64,000 nt of DNA, taken from the NCBI RefSeq assembly GCF_002354655.1, contig NZ_DELY01000050.1, forward strand, positions 15,885-79,884. The letters are read 5' to 3'. Source of the stretch: Pseudomonas sp. UBA2684 (GTDB lineage: Bacteria; Pseudomonadota; Gammaproteobacteria; Pseudomonadales; Pseudomonadaceae). The notes beneath the pieces are model-generated. The model had not been told where the DNA came from, did not search any database, and saw only the letters and a list, made by a program, of their open reading frames with translations. A program made the translations under genes and the position numbers. Positions 15,127 through 29,294 of the stretch are shown here, piece after piece (the stretch's first letter is position 1; every line of letters begins with the position of its first letter).

Positions 15127-15447
15127 TCAAGCGTCGCCCTGATCGGCTTTGGCTTGCGCGGCTTTGGCCGCACGCTGTTTGCGCACCTCTTTCGGATCGG
15201 CAATCAGCGGCCGGTAGATTTCCACCCGCTCACCCTCTTCCAGCACCCGCTCTTCTGGCTTGGCCACGGCCTTGCCAAATATCCCCAGCGGACTCGTCGC
15301 CAGATCCAGGCCGGGGAAATGTGCGGCCATGCCCGATTGCTCGGCAGCCTGACGCACCGTCGTGCCATAGGGCAGGCTCAGACGCAGCAGCTTCTGCTTG
15401 TCCGCCAGGGCATAGGCCACCTCGACCACAATCGTTGGGTTATCCAT
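15127..15447 (-). CDS. ratB: RnfH/RatB ubiquitin-like protein
   Basis: VEVAYA, GIFGK, RVEIYRPLIADPKEVRKQRA. Confidence 0.9.
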   Translation of the reverse strand: MDNPTIVVEVAYALADKQKLLRLSLPYGTTVRQAAEQSGMAAHFPGLDLATSPLGIFGKAVAKPEERVLEEGERVEIYRPLIADPKEVRKQRAAKAAQAKADQGDA

Positions 15448-15874
15448 GCAGTTGCTTCGCCCTTTGACAGAAGGCGTCCACCAAGGTGTTCGCCGCCTGA
15501 TTGAACAGCGGCCCGAGCGTGGCCCGCACCAATGGTCCAGCGTAGTCGAAGGTCAGGTCCAGGCTGATCTTGCAGGCTTTTTCGCCCAGCGCCTTGAACA
15601 CCCAACGGCCATGTAACTGGCTGAACGGTCCCTCCTCCAGATTCAACTCGATCGACTCCCCCGCCACCAGGGTATTGCGGGTGACGAAGCGCTGGCTCAG
15701 CCCGCCCTTGGCCACCGCCAGACTGGCGCGCATGTGCGTCTCGCTGGCCTCCAGCACTTCACTCGACGAGCACCAGGGCAGGAACTCCGGGTAGCGCGCG
15801 ACATCGTTGACCAAGTCGAACAGCGCATGCGCCGGGTACGGCAACAGGGCCGAACGCTGGATATGGGTACTCAT
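15440..15874 (-). CDS. ratA: RatA / START-domain (Coq10-like) protein
   Basis: LVNDVARYPEFLPWC, GPFSQLHGRW, AFCQRA; ATG at 15874. Confidence 0.9.
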   Translation of the reverse strand: MSTHIQRSALLPYPAHALFDLVNDVARYPEFLPWCSSSEVLEASETHMRASLAVAKGGLSQRFVTRNTLVAGESIELNLEEGPFSQLHGRWVFKALGEKACKISLDLTFDYAGPLVRATLGPLFNQAANTLVDAFCQRAKQLHG

Positions 15875-15908
15875 AAGGCAGCAACTTCGCACAAAAGGTG
15901 GAGGGCAC

Positions 15909-17312
15909 TCATTTCATCAGCTCTGCGACAAACACAATCAATACACCAATCGGCGCAACCACGCGGATCAACCAATACACCACCCCGAACAACAGCGGGC
16001 TCTTCAGCGCCAACTCGTCGCGAACCGCCTCACGCTTGAGCACCCAGCCAGCGAATACGGCGAAAGCCAAGCCACCCAACGGTAGAAGAATCCGACTGGT
16101 GAGGTAGTCGATGCTGTCGAAGAAATTCCGGCCACCTTCGGCACCCCACTGGAACAGATGGAAACCGTCGTCGGCAAACACGAAGAACTTGGCCTCGGCA
16201 GCGATATTGAAGGACAACACCGTGCCCATGCCGACGATCCAGCACAGCAGCGCCAGTACGCTGGTGACCACGACACGGCTGCGCCGGGTGCGCTCGACCA
16301 GATACGCCACCGCCGGTTCGAGCATGGAGATCGACGAGGTCCAGGCGGCAATCAGCACCAGGATAAAGAACACCGTGCCCATGATCTGGCCGAAGGCGAT
16401 ATTGCCGAAGGCCACCGGCAAGGTGACAAACATCAACCCCGGCCCTGCGCCTGGCTCCATGCCGCCGGCAAAGACGATGGGAAATAACGCCAAACCAGCG
16501 GTCAACGCCACCAGCGTATCGAGAATACCGACGGTGAGAATGGTCCCGCCAATCGAGGCATTTTTCGGCATGTACGCGCCGTAGACCATGATCGAACCGA
16601 CGCCGACGCTCAAGGTAAAGAAGGCATGGCCCATGGCGGCAAGCACGCCGTCGAGCAGCTTGTCCGGCTGAAAATCGAAAAGAAAATGAAAGCCCTGCAT
16701 GAAATACCCGGTGGTCATGCTGTAGCCGAGCAGAATCAGCAACAACACGAACAGCAACGGCATCATGATGCGCAAACTACGCTCCAGGCCGGCAACCACG
16801 CCGCGGGCGATGACAAAACCGGTCAGCAGCATGAACAGCGTGTGCCACAGCGTCAGCCGCCACGGGTCGGCAGTCAATGCGCCGAACGCCGCACCGGCAC
16901 CGTCGGCAGTCACGCCGCTGAACTGCCCGCGCCCCATGCCCAGGATGTAGTCCAGCGACCAGCCGGCCACCACGCTGTAGAACGACAGAATCAGCAGCGC
17001 GGCAATCATCCCCATCAGCGCCGCCCACGACCACTTCGGCGAGGCGCCGGACTCGATCGCCAGGGTCTTCAAAGTATTCACCGGGCTCTGCCGGCCACGG
17101 CGACCGATCAGGGTTTCGGCGAGCATGATCGGCAAACCGACCAGAAAGATGCACACCAGGTACATCATGACGAAGGCCCCGCCGCCGTACATGCCGGTCA
17201 TGTAGGGAAACTTCCAGATGTTGCCGAGACCGACCGCCGAACCGGTGGCCGCCAGGATAAAGACCCAACGACTGGCCCATGCACCGTGGATGGAAACCTT
17301 GTCACTCGCCAT
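15909..17312 (-). CDS. Sodium-dependent transporter, NSS/SNF family
   Basis: GSAVGLGNIWKFPY signature, GPGLMFVTLP; about 12 TM segments. Confidence 0.92.
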   Translation of the reverse strand: MASDKVSIHGAWASRWVFILAATGSAVGLGNIWKFPYMTGMYGGGAFVMMYLVCIFLVGLPIMLAETLIGRRGRQSPVNTLKTLAIESGASPKWSWAALMGMIAALLILSFYSVVAGWSLDYILGMGRGQFSGVTADGAGAAFGALTADPWRLTLWHTLFMLLTGFVIARGVVAGLERSLRIMMPLLFVLLLILLGYSMTTGYFMQGFHFLFDFQPDKLLDGVLAAMGHAFFTLSVGVGSIMVYGAYMPKNASIGGTILTVGILDTLVALTAGLALFPIVFAGGMEPGAGPGLMFVTLPVAFGNIAFGQIMGTVFFILVLIAAWTSSISMLEPAVAYLVERTRRSRVVVTSVLALLCWIVGMGTVLSFNIAAEAKFFVFADDGFHLFQWGAEGGRNFFDSIDYLTSRILLPLGGLAFAVFAGWVLKREAVRDELALKSPLLFGVVYWLIRVVAPIGVLIVFVAELMK

Positions 17313-17422
17313 GAATACGCCCGAGATGCGTGCAAAAGAGCGCGCATTGTCCGGGATTAGCCTAACGCTCTCAAGATCAGGCTGTCGCCAGCAGGCCGCC
17401 GACTCCCTATAATGCGCGCCCT

Positions 17423-17905
17423 ATGGCTAAACAAAAGAAACACCCACAAGGCAGCATCGCCCAGAACAAAAAGGCGATGCACGACTATTTCGTCGAACAC
17501 AAGTTCGAGGCGGGCCTGGTGCTGTCTGGCTGGGAAGTGAAGAGCCTGCGCGCCGGCAAGGCCCAGTTGGTCGACAGCTATGTACTGCTGAAGGACGACG
17601 AAGCCTGGCTGATGGGCTGTCACATCACGCCCCTGAAAACCGCCAGCACCCATGTGATCGCCGATCCGATCCGCACCCGCAAGCTGCTGCTGAACAAGCG
17701 CGAGCTGGAAAAACTGTTCGGCTCCGTGCAGCAGAAAGGCTACACCTGCGTAGCCCTGTCGATTTACTGGAAGCAGCATCTGGTCAAATGCGAAATCGCC
17801 TTGGCCAAGGGCAAGAAGGACTTCGACAAGCGCCACACCGAGAAAGAGCGCGATGCCGACCGCGAAGTGCAGCGCGCCATGCGCAGCAAAGGCAAAGACG
17901 ACTGA
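17423..17905 (+). CDS. smpB: SsrA-binding protein SmpB
   Basis: [32 protein letters not shown]. Confidence 0.98.
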   Translation: MAKQKKHPQGSIAQNKKAMHDYFVEHKFEAGLVLSGWEVKSLRAGKAQLVDSYVLLKDDEAWLMGCHITPLKTASTHVIADPIRTRKLLLNKRELEKLFGSVQQKGYTCVALSIYWKQHLVKCEIALAKGKKDFDKRHTEKERDADREVQRAMRSKGKDD

Positions 17906-18010
17906 GCCCGTGGCGCGGGGATTAACAACGCCGCGTAAACCGCCACCGCGCCTGCACCCATAAAGCCATGATGAACCGCGCCGATATGCGGCGCGCTCAA
18001 CCCAACGCAC

Positions 18011-18787
18011 TCAAGACTTGGCCACGCCACCACGGCGTTGCGCGCGCGCCATGCGCCGGGTCTCCTGCTGCACTTCGGCGAGCACTTCCTGCACGTAATC
18101 GATATGCCGGTTGGACAGCTCCCGCGCCTCTTCCGCCCGCCCTTCGATAATCGCCGCGTAGAGCGCGCGGTGCTGGTCGATCAGCATGTCGCGGGTCTCG
18201 CTGCGCTGGGCGTACATGCCACCGATATTGGTCACCACGTTGCGCTTGAGCAGGTCGAACAAGCCGCGAATGGTGTGCAGCAACACGGCGTTATGACTGG
18301 CTTCGGCGATAGCCAGGTGAAAACGGGCGTCGGCGGCCCCTTCTTCCAGGCGGGTGACCGTGCCGCTGCGGCCGTAACAGTCGAGCAACTCGCTGAAGGC
18401 TTCGCCCAGTCGCTGGCGATCGAGTTCGGTGGCACGCAGCGCAGCGTAATAGGCGCAGGAACCCTCCAGGGTGTGGCGGAATTCGAGCAGATCGCGCTGC
18501 GCCTCGGGGTTGCTTTCCAGCAAGTGCAACAGCGGATCGCTGAAGGTCGAGCCCAGCGATTCGGCGACATAGTTGCCGCCGCCCTGACGACTGACCAGCA
18601 ACCCTTTGGCCGCCAACTTCTGGATTGCCTCACGCAGCGACGGCCGCGATACGCCAAAACGTTCGGCCAACAGCCGCTCGGCCGGCAAGCGCTCGCCGGC
18701 CTTCAGCGTGCCCTCGAGGATCATGGTTTCCAGCTGCGCGACGATATCGTCCGACAAACGGCGCTGGCGCACCTGACCTACTTCCAT
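18011..18787 (-). CDS. lldR: GntR/FadR-family lactate regulator LldR
   Basis: wHTH (LPAERLLAERFGVSRPSLREA) plus FCD; divergent from the lactate operon. Confidence 0.88.
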   Translation of the reverse strand: MEVGQVRQRRLSDDIVAQLETMILEGTLKAGERLPAERLLAERFGVSRPSLREAIQKLAAKGLLVSRQGGGNYVAESLGSTFSDPLLHLLESNPEAQRDLLEFRHTLEGSCAYYAALRATELDRQRLGEAFSELLDCYGRSGTVTRLEEGAADARFHLAIAEASHNAVLLHTIRGLFDLLKRNVVTNIGGMYAQRSETRDMLIDQHRALYAAIIEGRAEEARELSNRHIDYVQEVLAEVQQETRRMARAQRRGGVAKS

Positions 18788-18957
18788 ATCCCGCTCTCCA
18801 CTGGTTTTACCACCTGCTCAGGCCCTTGCAGGCCCGTATCCGGCAAGCCTATAGCGGCCCTCCAAGGCACACAAGTCGGCTCCATGCGACCAAAGTCGTA
18901 GACCGCTCAATTGACAGCGACGCGAGCGCGCTTTTAACCTGAGCAGACTATTTTGTA

Positions 18958-18974
18958 AATTGGTAATACCAATT
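18958..18974. promoter_or_regulatory. LldR operator
   Basis: AATTGG-TAATA-CCAATT, matching the LldR/PdhR consensus AATTGG-N5-CCAATT. Confidence 0.85.
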
Positions 18975-19108
18975 TAACGAGTTCCATAACAACAAGTCCA
19001 AACGCTCAACCGAGGTTTCCCCATGCTGGTTATGCCTGTCACGCTCGCTGCGCCGTTGTTTCTGCCCTGCACTTCGCGCCCTGCGCGCTGCTGAACGGAG
19101 TCGCCATC

Positions 19109-20803
19109 ATGTCCTCCGGTCTGCTCGCCCTACTCGCCTTTTCGCCCATCCTGCTCGCCGCCATTCTGCTGATCGGCCTGCGCTGGCCGGCCAAACGTGC
19201 CATGCCTCTGGTCTACCTGCTCACCGCAGGGATCGGCCTGTACGCCTGGGACATGAGCCTCAACCGCGTCCTCGCCTCCACCGTACAAGGCCTGGTGATT
19301 ACCGCCGGCGTGCTGTGGATCATCTTCGGCGCCATCCTGCTGCTGAACACCCTCAAGCACTCCGGCGGCATCACCGCGATCCGCGCCGGCTTCGCCACCA
19401 TCAGCCCGGATCGGCGGATTCAGGCGATCATCATTGCCTGGCTGTTTGGCTGCTTTATCGAGGGCGCTTCCGGCTTCGGTACGCCAGCGGCCATCGCCGC
19501 GCCACTGCTGGTCGCCATCGGCTTCCCGGCGCTCGCCGCGGTGATGCTCGGCATGCTGGTGCAAAGCACGCCGGTGTCTTTCGGCGCGGTGGGCACGCCG
19601 ATCATCATCGGCATCAACAGCGGCCTGGACACCGCCACGCTCGGCGCCCAACTGACCGCGCAAGGCTCCAGCTGGGAGATTTTCCTGCAGTTGATCACCA
19701 GCAATGTGGCGATCATCCATGCCCTCGTGGGCACGGCGATGCCGCTGATCATGGTGCTGATGTTGACGCGCTTCTTCGGTCGGGAAAAAAGCTGGAAAGC
19801 CGGCTTCGAAGTACTGCCGTTCGCGATCTTTTCCGGCCTGGCTTTCACCGTGCCCTACATGGCCACGGGGATTTTCCTCGGTCCGGAATTCCCCTCGCTG
19901 GCCGGTGGTTTGATCGGCCTGGCGATAGTCACCAGCGCTGCGCGCCTGGGCTTTCTGATACCCAAAACCACCTGGGACTTCGCCCCGGCCAAAGACTGGC
20001 CGAGCGAGTGGATCGGCAGCATCGAGATGAAGCTCGACGAACTCACGGCCAAGCCGATGAGCAGCCTGCGCGCCTGGTTGCCGTACGTGCTGGTCGGCGC
20101 CCTGCTGGTGATCAGCCGGGTCTTTCCGGAGGTCGGCAGCGCACTGAAATCGGTGGTGCTGGTATTCCCGGACATCCTTGGCGAAGCCGGGATCAAGGCC
20201 GACTTCATGCCGCTCTACTTGCCTGGCGGCATCCTGGTTGCCGTGGTGCTGGCGACCTTCTTCCTGCACGGCATGAAAGTGCGTGAGCTGGGCGCCGCAC
20301 TGGGCGAGTCGACCAAGGTCTTGCTGGGCGCGGGCTTCGTCTTGCTGTTCACTGTGCCGATGGTACGTATTCTGATCAACTCGGGCGTCAACGCCGCCGA
20401 CCTGCCCAGCATGCCGATCGCCATGGCGCGCTACGTGGCCGACAGCGTCGGTGGCGTCTACCCGCTGCTGGCCCCGAGCGTGGGTGCGCTGGGCGCCTTT
20501 ATCGCCGGCTCGAACACCGTCAGCAACATGATGCTCAGCCAATTCCAGTACGGCGTGGCGCACAGCCTGGGGATTTCCGGCGCGTTGATCGTCGCCGTGC
20601 AGGCCATTGGTGCCGCCGCCGGCAACATGGTGGCGATTCACAACGTGGTGGCGGCATCAGCCACCGTGGGCCTGCTCGGCCGCGAGGGCACCACCCTGCG
20701 CAAAACCGTATGGCCTACCCTCTACTACGTGCTCTTTACGGGATTGATTGCCCTGGTAGCAATCTACGTACTGGGCGTCAGCGATCCGCTGGTGGTGCAC
20801 TGA
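19109..20803 (+). CDS. lldP: L-lactate permease
   Basis: [23 protein letters not shown]; highly hydrophobic. Confidence 0.93.
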   Translation: MSSGLLALLAFSPILLAAILLIGLRWPAKRAMPLVYLLTAGIGLYAWDMSLNRVLASTVQGLVITAGVLWIIFGAILLLNTLKHSGGITAIRAGFATISPDRRIQAIIIAWLFGCFIEGASGFGTPAAIAAPLLVAIGFPALAAVMLGMLVQSTPVSFGAVGTPIIIGINSGLDTATLGAQLTAQGSSWEIFLQLITSNVAIIHALVGTAMPLIMVLMLTRFFGREKSWKAGFEVLPFAIFSGLAFTVPYMATGIFLGPEFPSLAGGLIGLAIVTSAARLGFLIPKTTWDFAPAKDWPSEWIGSIEMKLDELTAKPMSSLRAWLPYVLVGALLVISRVFPEVGSALKSVVLVFPDILGEAGIKADFMPLYLPGGILVAVVLATFFLHGMKVRELGAALGESTKVLLGAGFVLLFTVPMVRILINSGVNAADLPSMPIAMARYVADSVGGVYPLLAPSVGALGAFIAGSNTVSNMMLSQFQYGVAHSLGISGALIVAVQAIGAAAGNMVAIHNVVAASATVGLLGREGTTLRKTVWPTLYYVLFTGLIALVAIYVLGVSDPLVVH

Positions 20804-20951
20804 CAGACACCGCGCCACGCACCCGCAGCATCGGGCGCGTGGAGCGCGAAGCAGCAAGCGTTCACGTTCATTACAACTAGAAGAAGCCGGAACACTGGGC
20901 GAGAACAGCCGCTCACTTGGCTCCCATTTTTCCTGAACCAGGATAAATCCA

Positions 20952-22097
20952 ATGATCATTTCCTCTTCCACCGACTACCGCGCCGCCGCACAACGCAAGC
21001 TACCGCCATTTTTGTTTCACTATGCCGATGGCGGCGCCTATGCCGAGCACACGCTGCGGCGCAACGTCGAGGACCTGGCCGAGATCGCCCTGCGTCAGCG
21101 CGTCCTGAAGAACATGTCCGACCTGAGCCTGGAAACCCGCCTGTTCAACGAAACCCTGGCGATGCCGGTAGCCCTGGCACCCGTCGGCCTAACCGGCATG
21201 TTCGCGCGCCGCGGTGAAGTGCAGGCGGCCAAGGCGGCAGCGGCCAAAGGCATCCCCTTCACCCTGTCGACCGTATCGGTATGCCCGATCGAGGAAGTGG
21301 CCCCGGCCATCGACCGCCCGATGTGGTTTCAGCTCTACGTACTCAAAGATCGCGGCTTCATGAAGAACGCCCTGGAGCGTGCCAAGGCCGCCGGCGTGAC
21401 CACCCTGGTGTTCACCGTGGACATGCCGGTGCCGGGCGCCCGCTACCGCGATGCCCACTCCGGCATGAGCGGCCCGAATGCCGCCGCGCGGCGCATGCTC
21501 CAGGCCGTGACCCACCCGGCCTGGGCCTTGGATGTCGGCCTGCTCGGCCGCCCGCACGACCTGGGCAATATCTCCGCCTACCGCGGTAACCCCACCGGAC
21601 TGGCCGACTATATCGGTTGGCTGGGGACGAACTTCGACCCGTCGATCTCGTGGAAGGACCTGGAGTGGATTCGCGACTTCTGGCAGGGGCCGATGGTGAT
21701 CAAGGGCATCCTCGACCCAGAGGATGCCAAGGACGCGGTGACGTTCGGCGCCGATGGCATCGTCGTTTCCAACCACGGCGGCCGCCAGCTCGACGGCGTG
21801 CTGTCCAGTGCACGGGCAATGCCGGCCATCGCCGATGCGGTCAAGGGCGACCTGGCGATCCTCGCGGACTCGGGCATTCGCTCCGGTCTCGACGTGGTGC
21901 GCATGCTCGCCCTCGGCGCCGACACGGTGATGCTCGGACGCGCCTTCATCTACGCCCTGGCCGCTGCCGGTGGCGCTGGCGTGAGCAACCTGCTGGAGCT
22001 GATCGAAAAAGAAATGCGCGTGGCCATGGTGTTGACGGGCGCCAAGTCCGTGCACGACATCAGCGCCGACTCGCTGGTCCGCGAACTGGGCCGCTGA
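20952..22097 (+). CDS. lldD: FMN-dependent L-lactate dehydrogenase
   Basis: [30 protein letters not shown]. Confidence 0.96.
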   Translation: MIISSSTDYRAAAQRKLPPFLFHYADGGAYAEHTLRRNVEDLAEIALRQRVLKNMSDLSLETRLFNETLAMPVALAPVGLTGMFARRGEVQAAKAAAAKGIPFTLSTVSVCPIEEVAPAIDRPMWFQLYVLKDRGFMKNALERAKAAGVTTLVFTVDMPVPGARYRDAHSGMSGPNAAARRMLQAVTHPAWALDVGLLGRPHDLGNISAYRGNPTGLADYIGWLGTNFDPSISWKDLEWIRDFWQGPMVIKGILDPEDAKDAVTFGADGIVVSNHGGRQLDGVLSSARAMPAIADAVKGDLAILADSGIRSGLDVVRMLALGADTVMLGRAFIYALAAAGGAGVSNLLELIEKEMRVAMVLTGAKSVHDISADSLVRELGR

Positions 22098-22219
22098 GCC
22101 CGGCGCCACCGCCACGTGAGGTCGGCTTGCGCGACACATATCGCAGATCAAGCCGCGCCCCCAACACGCCGAGCAGGCCGCTCAAACGGCCCCCGTAACC
22201 GATGCACTCTGGAGCACGC

Positions 22220-25030
<2,811 letters not shown>

Positions 25031-25201
25031 CCTTTGGTCTGTGCAACCCGCCAGAGCCCAAGGCTACCTCGGCAAACCCCTGGCGCTTGAGGCGCAAGGC
25101 GAGAGTGACTGAGCAACCATGCCTCAGCCGCTCATCGCCTTTTCACCTTTTTAGAGCAACTCTCCTACAGTAAAAGCTCACCCCTAAGATGGAGAGACAC
25201 C

Positions 25202-25447
25202 ATGCGCCGCCTTGTCGTTTTCCTGACCGCCGCGCTACTCAGCACATCGCTCTGGGCCATGCATTGCCCGGCCGACATGGCAAAAATCGACGCCCTGTTG
25301 AAAAGCGATCCACCCAGCGACCCCGCCGTACTGGCGCAAGTGCAAAAACTCCGCGCCGAAGGCGAGGAGCTGCATAAGGCCGGCAGCCACAGCGAGTCCG
25401 TGCAAGTGCTGGGCGAAGCCCTGCAACTGCTCGAAGCCAGCGAATAA
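25202..25447 (+). CDS. Small exported hypothetical protein (81 aa)
   Basis: GGAGA RBS; signal peptide ...SLWA-MHCPADM. Confidence 0.75.
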   Translation: MRRLVVFLTAALLSTSLWAMHCPADMAKIDALLKSDPPSDPAVLAQVQKLRAEGEELHKAGSHSESVQVLGEALQLLEASE

Positions 25448-25466
25448 ATCCGCGCGCCCGTGCGGC

Positions 25467-28385
25467 CTAAAGGCCCTGACCCAACAAGGTCAGGGCCAAC
25501 CGCCGTACCTGAGCCAGATCAATGGGTTTGGCCAAACAGGCTTGCGCACCGCGACGGCGGGCCTCGGTAAACACCACCTCATCGGCCGCCGCGCTGATCA
25601 CCAACACCGGCACCGCGCGCAAGCGCGAATCGCTACGCATGGCATCCAGCACCTGCAAACCGTCACCGTCCGGCAAGTCCAGGTCGAGCAACAACAAGGT
25701 CGGCGTGCAATTGGCCAGTTCCGCGAGGGCGCGCTGCACCGAGCCGACGCCGCGCACGTGGGCAAACTCGCGTAACGCCTCCTGCACCACTTTCAAACAA
25801 GCCGGATGATCTTCGACGCATAACACATCGGCTAGCTGCTTGGGCTCCGCCACCTCGACCAAGGGCGCACTGCTCGCGCTCGACTCAGGCGGCGCGGCGC
25901 TCGGCAAATCGATCCAGAAGCGGCTACCGCTGCCCGCGACACTGCGAAAGCCCATCTCACCGCCCATCAAACTGGCTAGCTCGCGGCACAGCACCAGACC
26001 GATGCCCGTGCCGGGGATGCTGGAGTTCTCGCGCCCCAGACGCTGGAACGGCTGGAACAGCTGGCTCTGCTGCTCGCTGGTCAACCCCGGACCATTGTCC
26101 TCGACCCACAGCCGTACACAATCCGAGCGCACCTCATAGCCAATGCTGATCAGGCCCTGTGGGCTGTTGTACTTGATCGCATTGGACAGCAGGTTGAGCA
26201 TCACCTGGCGCAACCGGCGCGCGTCCGCCTGTACATACAGCGCCGCATCGGCCGCCGCCATTACCTGCAACTGCAAGCGCCGCTGCTGCACTTCCGGCTG
26301 GACCAGCTCGGCGCAGCCATTGAGCAACGCGCTGATCTCCACCGCCTGCAATTGCAACTGCTGACGCCGGCTTTCGATGCTCGATAAATCGAGAATGTCA
26401 TCGACCAAAGACGTCAGGTGGCGGCTGGCATTAACGATCTCACGCGCGTAGTCGGCTTCCTGCTGGGCATCGGCTTTCTCTTGCGCCTCCATCTCGATCA
26501 ACTGACCAAACCCATAAATCGCATTCAGCGGCGTGCGCAGTTCATGGCTCATGCTCGACAGGAATCGGCTCTTGGCCTGGCTGGCGGCCTGGGCTTCGAG
26601 GCTCGCGCTGCGCAACTCTTCCTGCACCCGCTTGAGCCGGGTGATGTCGACATGGGTGCCGGCAATACGTAAGGCACGGCCTTCACTGTCGCGTTCCAGC
26701 ACCTTGCCGCGGCTGAGCAACCAAGCGTACTCACCACGCGCATCGGCGTAGCGGTATTCACCCTCGAACTGATCCTCGCCACTGCTGGCGAACAGCTGGC
26801 GCAGGTGACGGATACGCTCCAGATCGTTGGGGTGCACGCGCAGGTTGAACTCGCTAAAACTCATGCGCTCGGAGGTCAGCCCGAAACGTTTGACGAAGCG
26901 CCCACTGAGCTTGATGGTCATGCTCGGCGTATCCACTTCCCAGAGGCTTTCGGTGGTGCTTTCCAGTACCAGTTGCAGGATGCGCTGCGCTTCGTGGCGC
27001 TCGATCTCGCTGGCTTGCAACTGCTCGCCCGTCTGCTGCACCGCTTGCGCCATGAACGTCAGTTCCTCGATCTGACTCGGCGGCGCGCTGGGGTGGAAAT
27101 CGCCCTGGCCAAGCCGGCGCATCATCCCGACAATCCCAGCAATCGGCTGTGCCAACTGATCGCTCAAGCGCCGCGAACGCACCCACATCCAGGCGAAAAA
27201 CAGCAGGTAGAACAGTACCAGGCCAGCAATCAACAGATAGCCGATCTGCAAATAGCGCTCGGCCAGGCGATTGGTTTCGCGGAAGACATTGTTCTCGTCC
27301 ACCACCAGCAGCAGGCGCCAACCGGTTTGCGGAATCTCACTCCAGGCCACCAGTTGCTTGCGCCCGCCGAGCAACACCTCCTGCACATTGCCTTGCCCGG
27401 ACGACATCGCCGCCAACAGCGGCTGCATATCGGCGCGCTTGCTCAAGCTGAAGTCTTCCGGCTTGAGTACCTCACGGCGCACCGCCTCGGCATAGGAATA
27501 TTCAGTCAACTCGCGCAGGCCAAAGTCCTGTTCGCCGGCCTGTGGCAACGCCATGATGTTTTGATCGCGGCTGACCAGCAGCGCATAGCCCTGCCAAGGC
27601 ACATCCAGCTCACCGATTTCACTGAGTATCTGCCCGACGGTGATGTCCTGGCCGACCACCCCCTCAAGGAAGTCTCCACGGTACACCGGGGCCACCGCCG
27701 ACATCATCCAACCCTGGCCCGCCGGGTCAAGGTAGACATCGGTCCACACCACCTTGCGCGTGGGATTGTGCTTGGCGTCGGCGAGGTAATAGAAGTTGTA
27801 ATCGGGTATCACCATGTCATGGGGATACTGCTCGGGCGTCATGAAAAACGGGTAAATACGGTTGTAACTGTCCCAACTGTTGAAATACAGCGCCGCCACC
27901 AAGGGATTGGCGGCGCTGATCGAGCGCATCAGCGGATCGAGTTGCGACAGGCGCAAGGCCTTCGCATGATCCTGCTGGGCAGGCGGCGTACTGTTGGCGT
28001 AGAACGACGCCGCGCGACCGTCGTCGCTGCGGCTGTAAAACACCCCATCCGCGCTCATGACATGCCGCTGCCGCTCCAGATCGTCCGGCTGAAAGCCCGT
28101 ATTGCTCAAGGCCCGACCCGCCTCATCACGGAAGATCTGCACCTGCGCTTCGACCGAACGCAGGCGACTGTCGATCACCTGCCCTTCGCGCGCCACCGCC
28201 GCGGACAAATCCGCCAGCGCGCTTTGCTGCAAATGGCCGATCTGCGCATCGCGAATCGCCGCATTGCTCAGCAGATACACCGTGATCAGCACCGACTCCA
28301 CCAGAATCAGCGGAATCAAGGCACTCTGTACGAAGGCGCGCCAGATCCACTGACGCAAGGGGTAACGTGACGCGCGCGGCGGCAT
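25467..28385 (-). CDS. Hybrid sensor histidine kinase (Cache-HAMP-PAS-HisKA-HATPase-REC)
   Basis: Two TM segments, SHELRTPL H-box, NLLSNAIKY, GTGIGL, REC domain LLLLDLDLPDGDG; start uncertain (ORF open to 28526). Confidence 0.88.
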   Translation of the reverse strand: MPPRASRYPLRQWIWRAFVQSALIPLILVESVLITVYLLSNAAIRDAQIGHLQQSALADLSAAVAREGQVIDSRLRSVEAQVQIFRDEAGRALSNTGFQPDDLERQRHVMSADGVFYSRSDDGRAASFYANSTPPAQQDHAKALRLSQLDPLMRSISAANPLVAALYFNSWDSYNRIYPFFMTPEQYPHDMVIPDYNFYYLADAKHNPTRKVVWTDVYLDPAGQGWMMSAVAPVYRGDFLEGVVGQDITVGQILSEIGELDVPWQGYALLVSRDQNIMALPQAGEQDFGLRELTEYSYAEAVRREVLKPEDFSLSKRADMQPLLAAMSSGQGNVQEVLLGGRKQLVAWSEIPQTGWRLLLVVDENNVFRETNRLAERYLQIGYLLIAGLVLFYLLFFAWMWVRSRRLSDQLAQPIAGIVGMMRRLGQGDFHPSAPPSQIEELTFMAQAVQQTGEQLQASEIERHEAQRILQLVLESTTESLWEVDTPSMTIKLSGRFVKRFGLTSERMSFSEFNLRVHPNDLERIRHLRQLFASSGEDQFEGEYRYADARGEYAWLLSRGKVLERDSEGRALRIAGTHVDITRLKRVQEELRSASLEAQAASQAKSRFLSSMSHELRTPLNAIYGFGQLIEMEAQEKADAQQEADYAREIVNASRHLTSLVDDILDLSSIESRRQQLQLQAVEISALLNGCAELVQPEVQQRRLQLQVMAAADAALYVQADARRLRQVMLNLLSNAIKYNSPQGLISIGYEVRSDCVRLWVEDNGPGLTSEQQSQLFQPFQRLGRENSSIPGTGIGLVLCRELASLMGGEMGFRSVAGSGSRFWIDLPSAAPPESSASSAPLVEVAEPKQLADVLCVEDHPACLKVVQEALREFAHVRGVGSVQRALAELANCTPTLLLLDLDLPDGDGLQVLDAMRSDSRLRAVPVLVISAAADEVVFTEARRRGAQACLAKPIDLAQVRRLALTLLGQGL

Positions 28386-28533
28386 AGATAAGGTCTCATC
28401 CCAAAGACATAACAGCCCAGACTCGCAATCATAGCTGCACTCAGCCCGCAGCGTCCGCTCAGAGATTGCCGGGTCGACGCTGTGGAACCTTTGCCGTACA
28501 CTTCGCATCGAAGCTACACGCAACAAAAGTTTT

Positions 28534-28921
28534 GGGGCCGATTAGGATTCGACGCCGGTAGCAAAACTCGAGGGGCATGCCGAGTTGGTAACAGAACTCG
28601 TAAATAAACTGTTGCAAAACTCTATAATTGCCAATGATGACAATTACGGTGCCCAACTAGCTGCGTAAGCAGCCTAGTCGCACTTCTGGTAGCTTCGGCT
28701 CCAGCAATCATTAGGGGATGTCTGTAAACCCGAAATGATTGTCATATAGAACAGAATCGTCGCCTAGTACGTTGTGGACGAAGCGACTAAAACTTACACA
28801 ACTCGCCCAAAGCACCCTGCCCGTCGGGCGGCCAAGGGTTAACTCAGTAGACACGGCTAAGCATGTAGAACCAACAGCGGAGAACTGGCGGACGGGGGTT
28901 CAAATCCCCCCGGCTCCACCA
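28534..28921 (+). ncRNA. ssrA: tmRNA; tag peptide (A)NDDNYGAQLAA at 28630-28668
   Basis: 5' GGGGCCGATTAGGATTCGAC, 3' GGGGGTTCAAATCCCCCCGGCTCCACCA, internal tag ORF ending LAA-stop. Confidence 0.97.
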
Positions 28922-29060
28922 AATAAGCCCCTGATTTTCCTAGAGAAAGTCAGGGGTTTTTCTTTGGGTGTCGATAAATAGTCGATACCGCTTCCCGTAG
29001 AAGCATCCGATCAAGCTATGCTGGCACTTCAATAGCCAATCCAGATCGGAGCAGATAATC

Positions 29061-29288
29061 ATGGAACGATATAAAGACCTAGATGGGGATTCGGGCGTTG
29101 TCGCGTTCGAAATCGGTGAAGGGTCAATCACCGTTCAGTTCAGCACCGGCATGAAGTACCTGTACACAGTAAAGAGCGCAGGGGCTGCAGCCATAGCAGA
29201 TATGCAGCGTCTAGCCCAAATTGGTGATGGGCTGAACAGCTACATAAAACGGTTAGCCAACAAAGCCTATGAGTCAAAATGGCGTTGA
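29061..29288 (+). CDS. Small hypothetical protein, possibly KTSC-like
   Basis: 75 aa with GGAG RBS; pattern ITVQFSTG.KYLY...GLNSYI resembles KTSC; convergent with the integrase. Confidence 0.65.
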   Translation: MERYKDLDGDSGVVAFEIGEGSITVQFSTGMKYLYTVKSAGAAAIADMQRLAQIGDGLNSYIKRLANKAYESKWR

Positions 29289-29294
29289 GGATTA

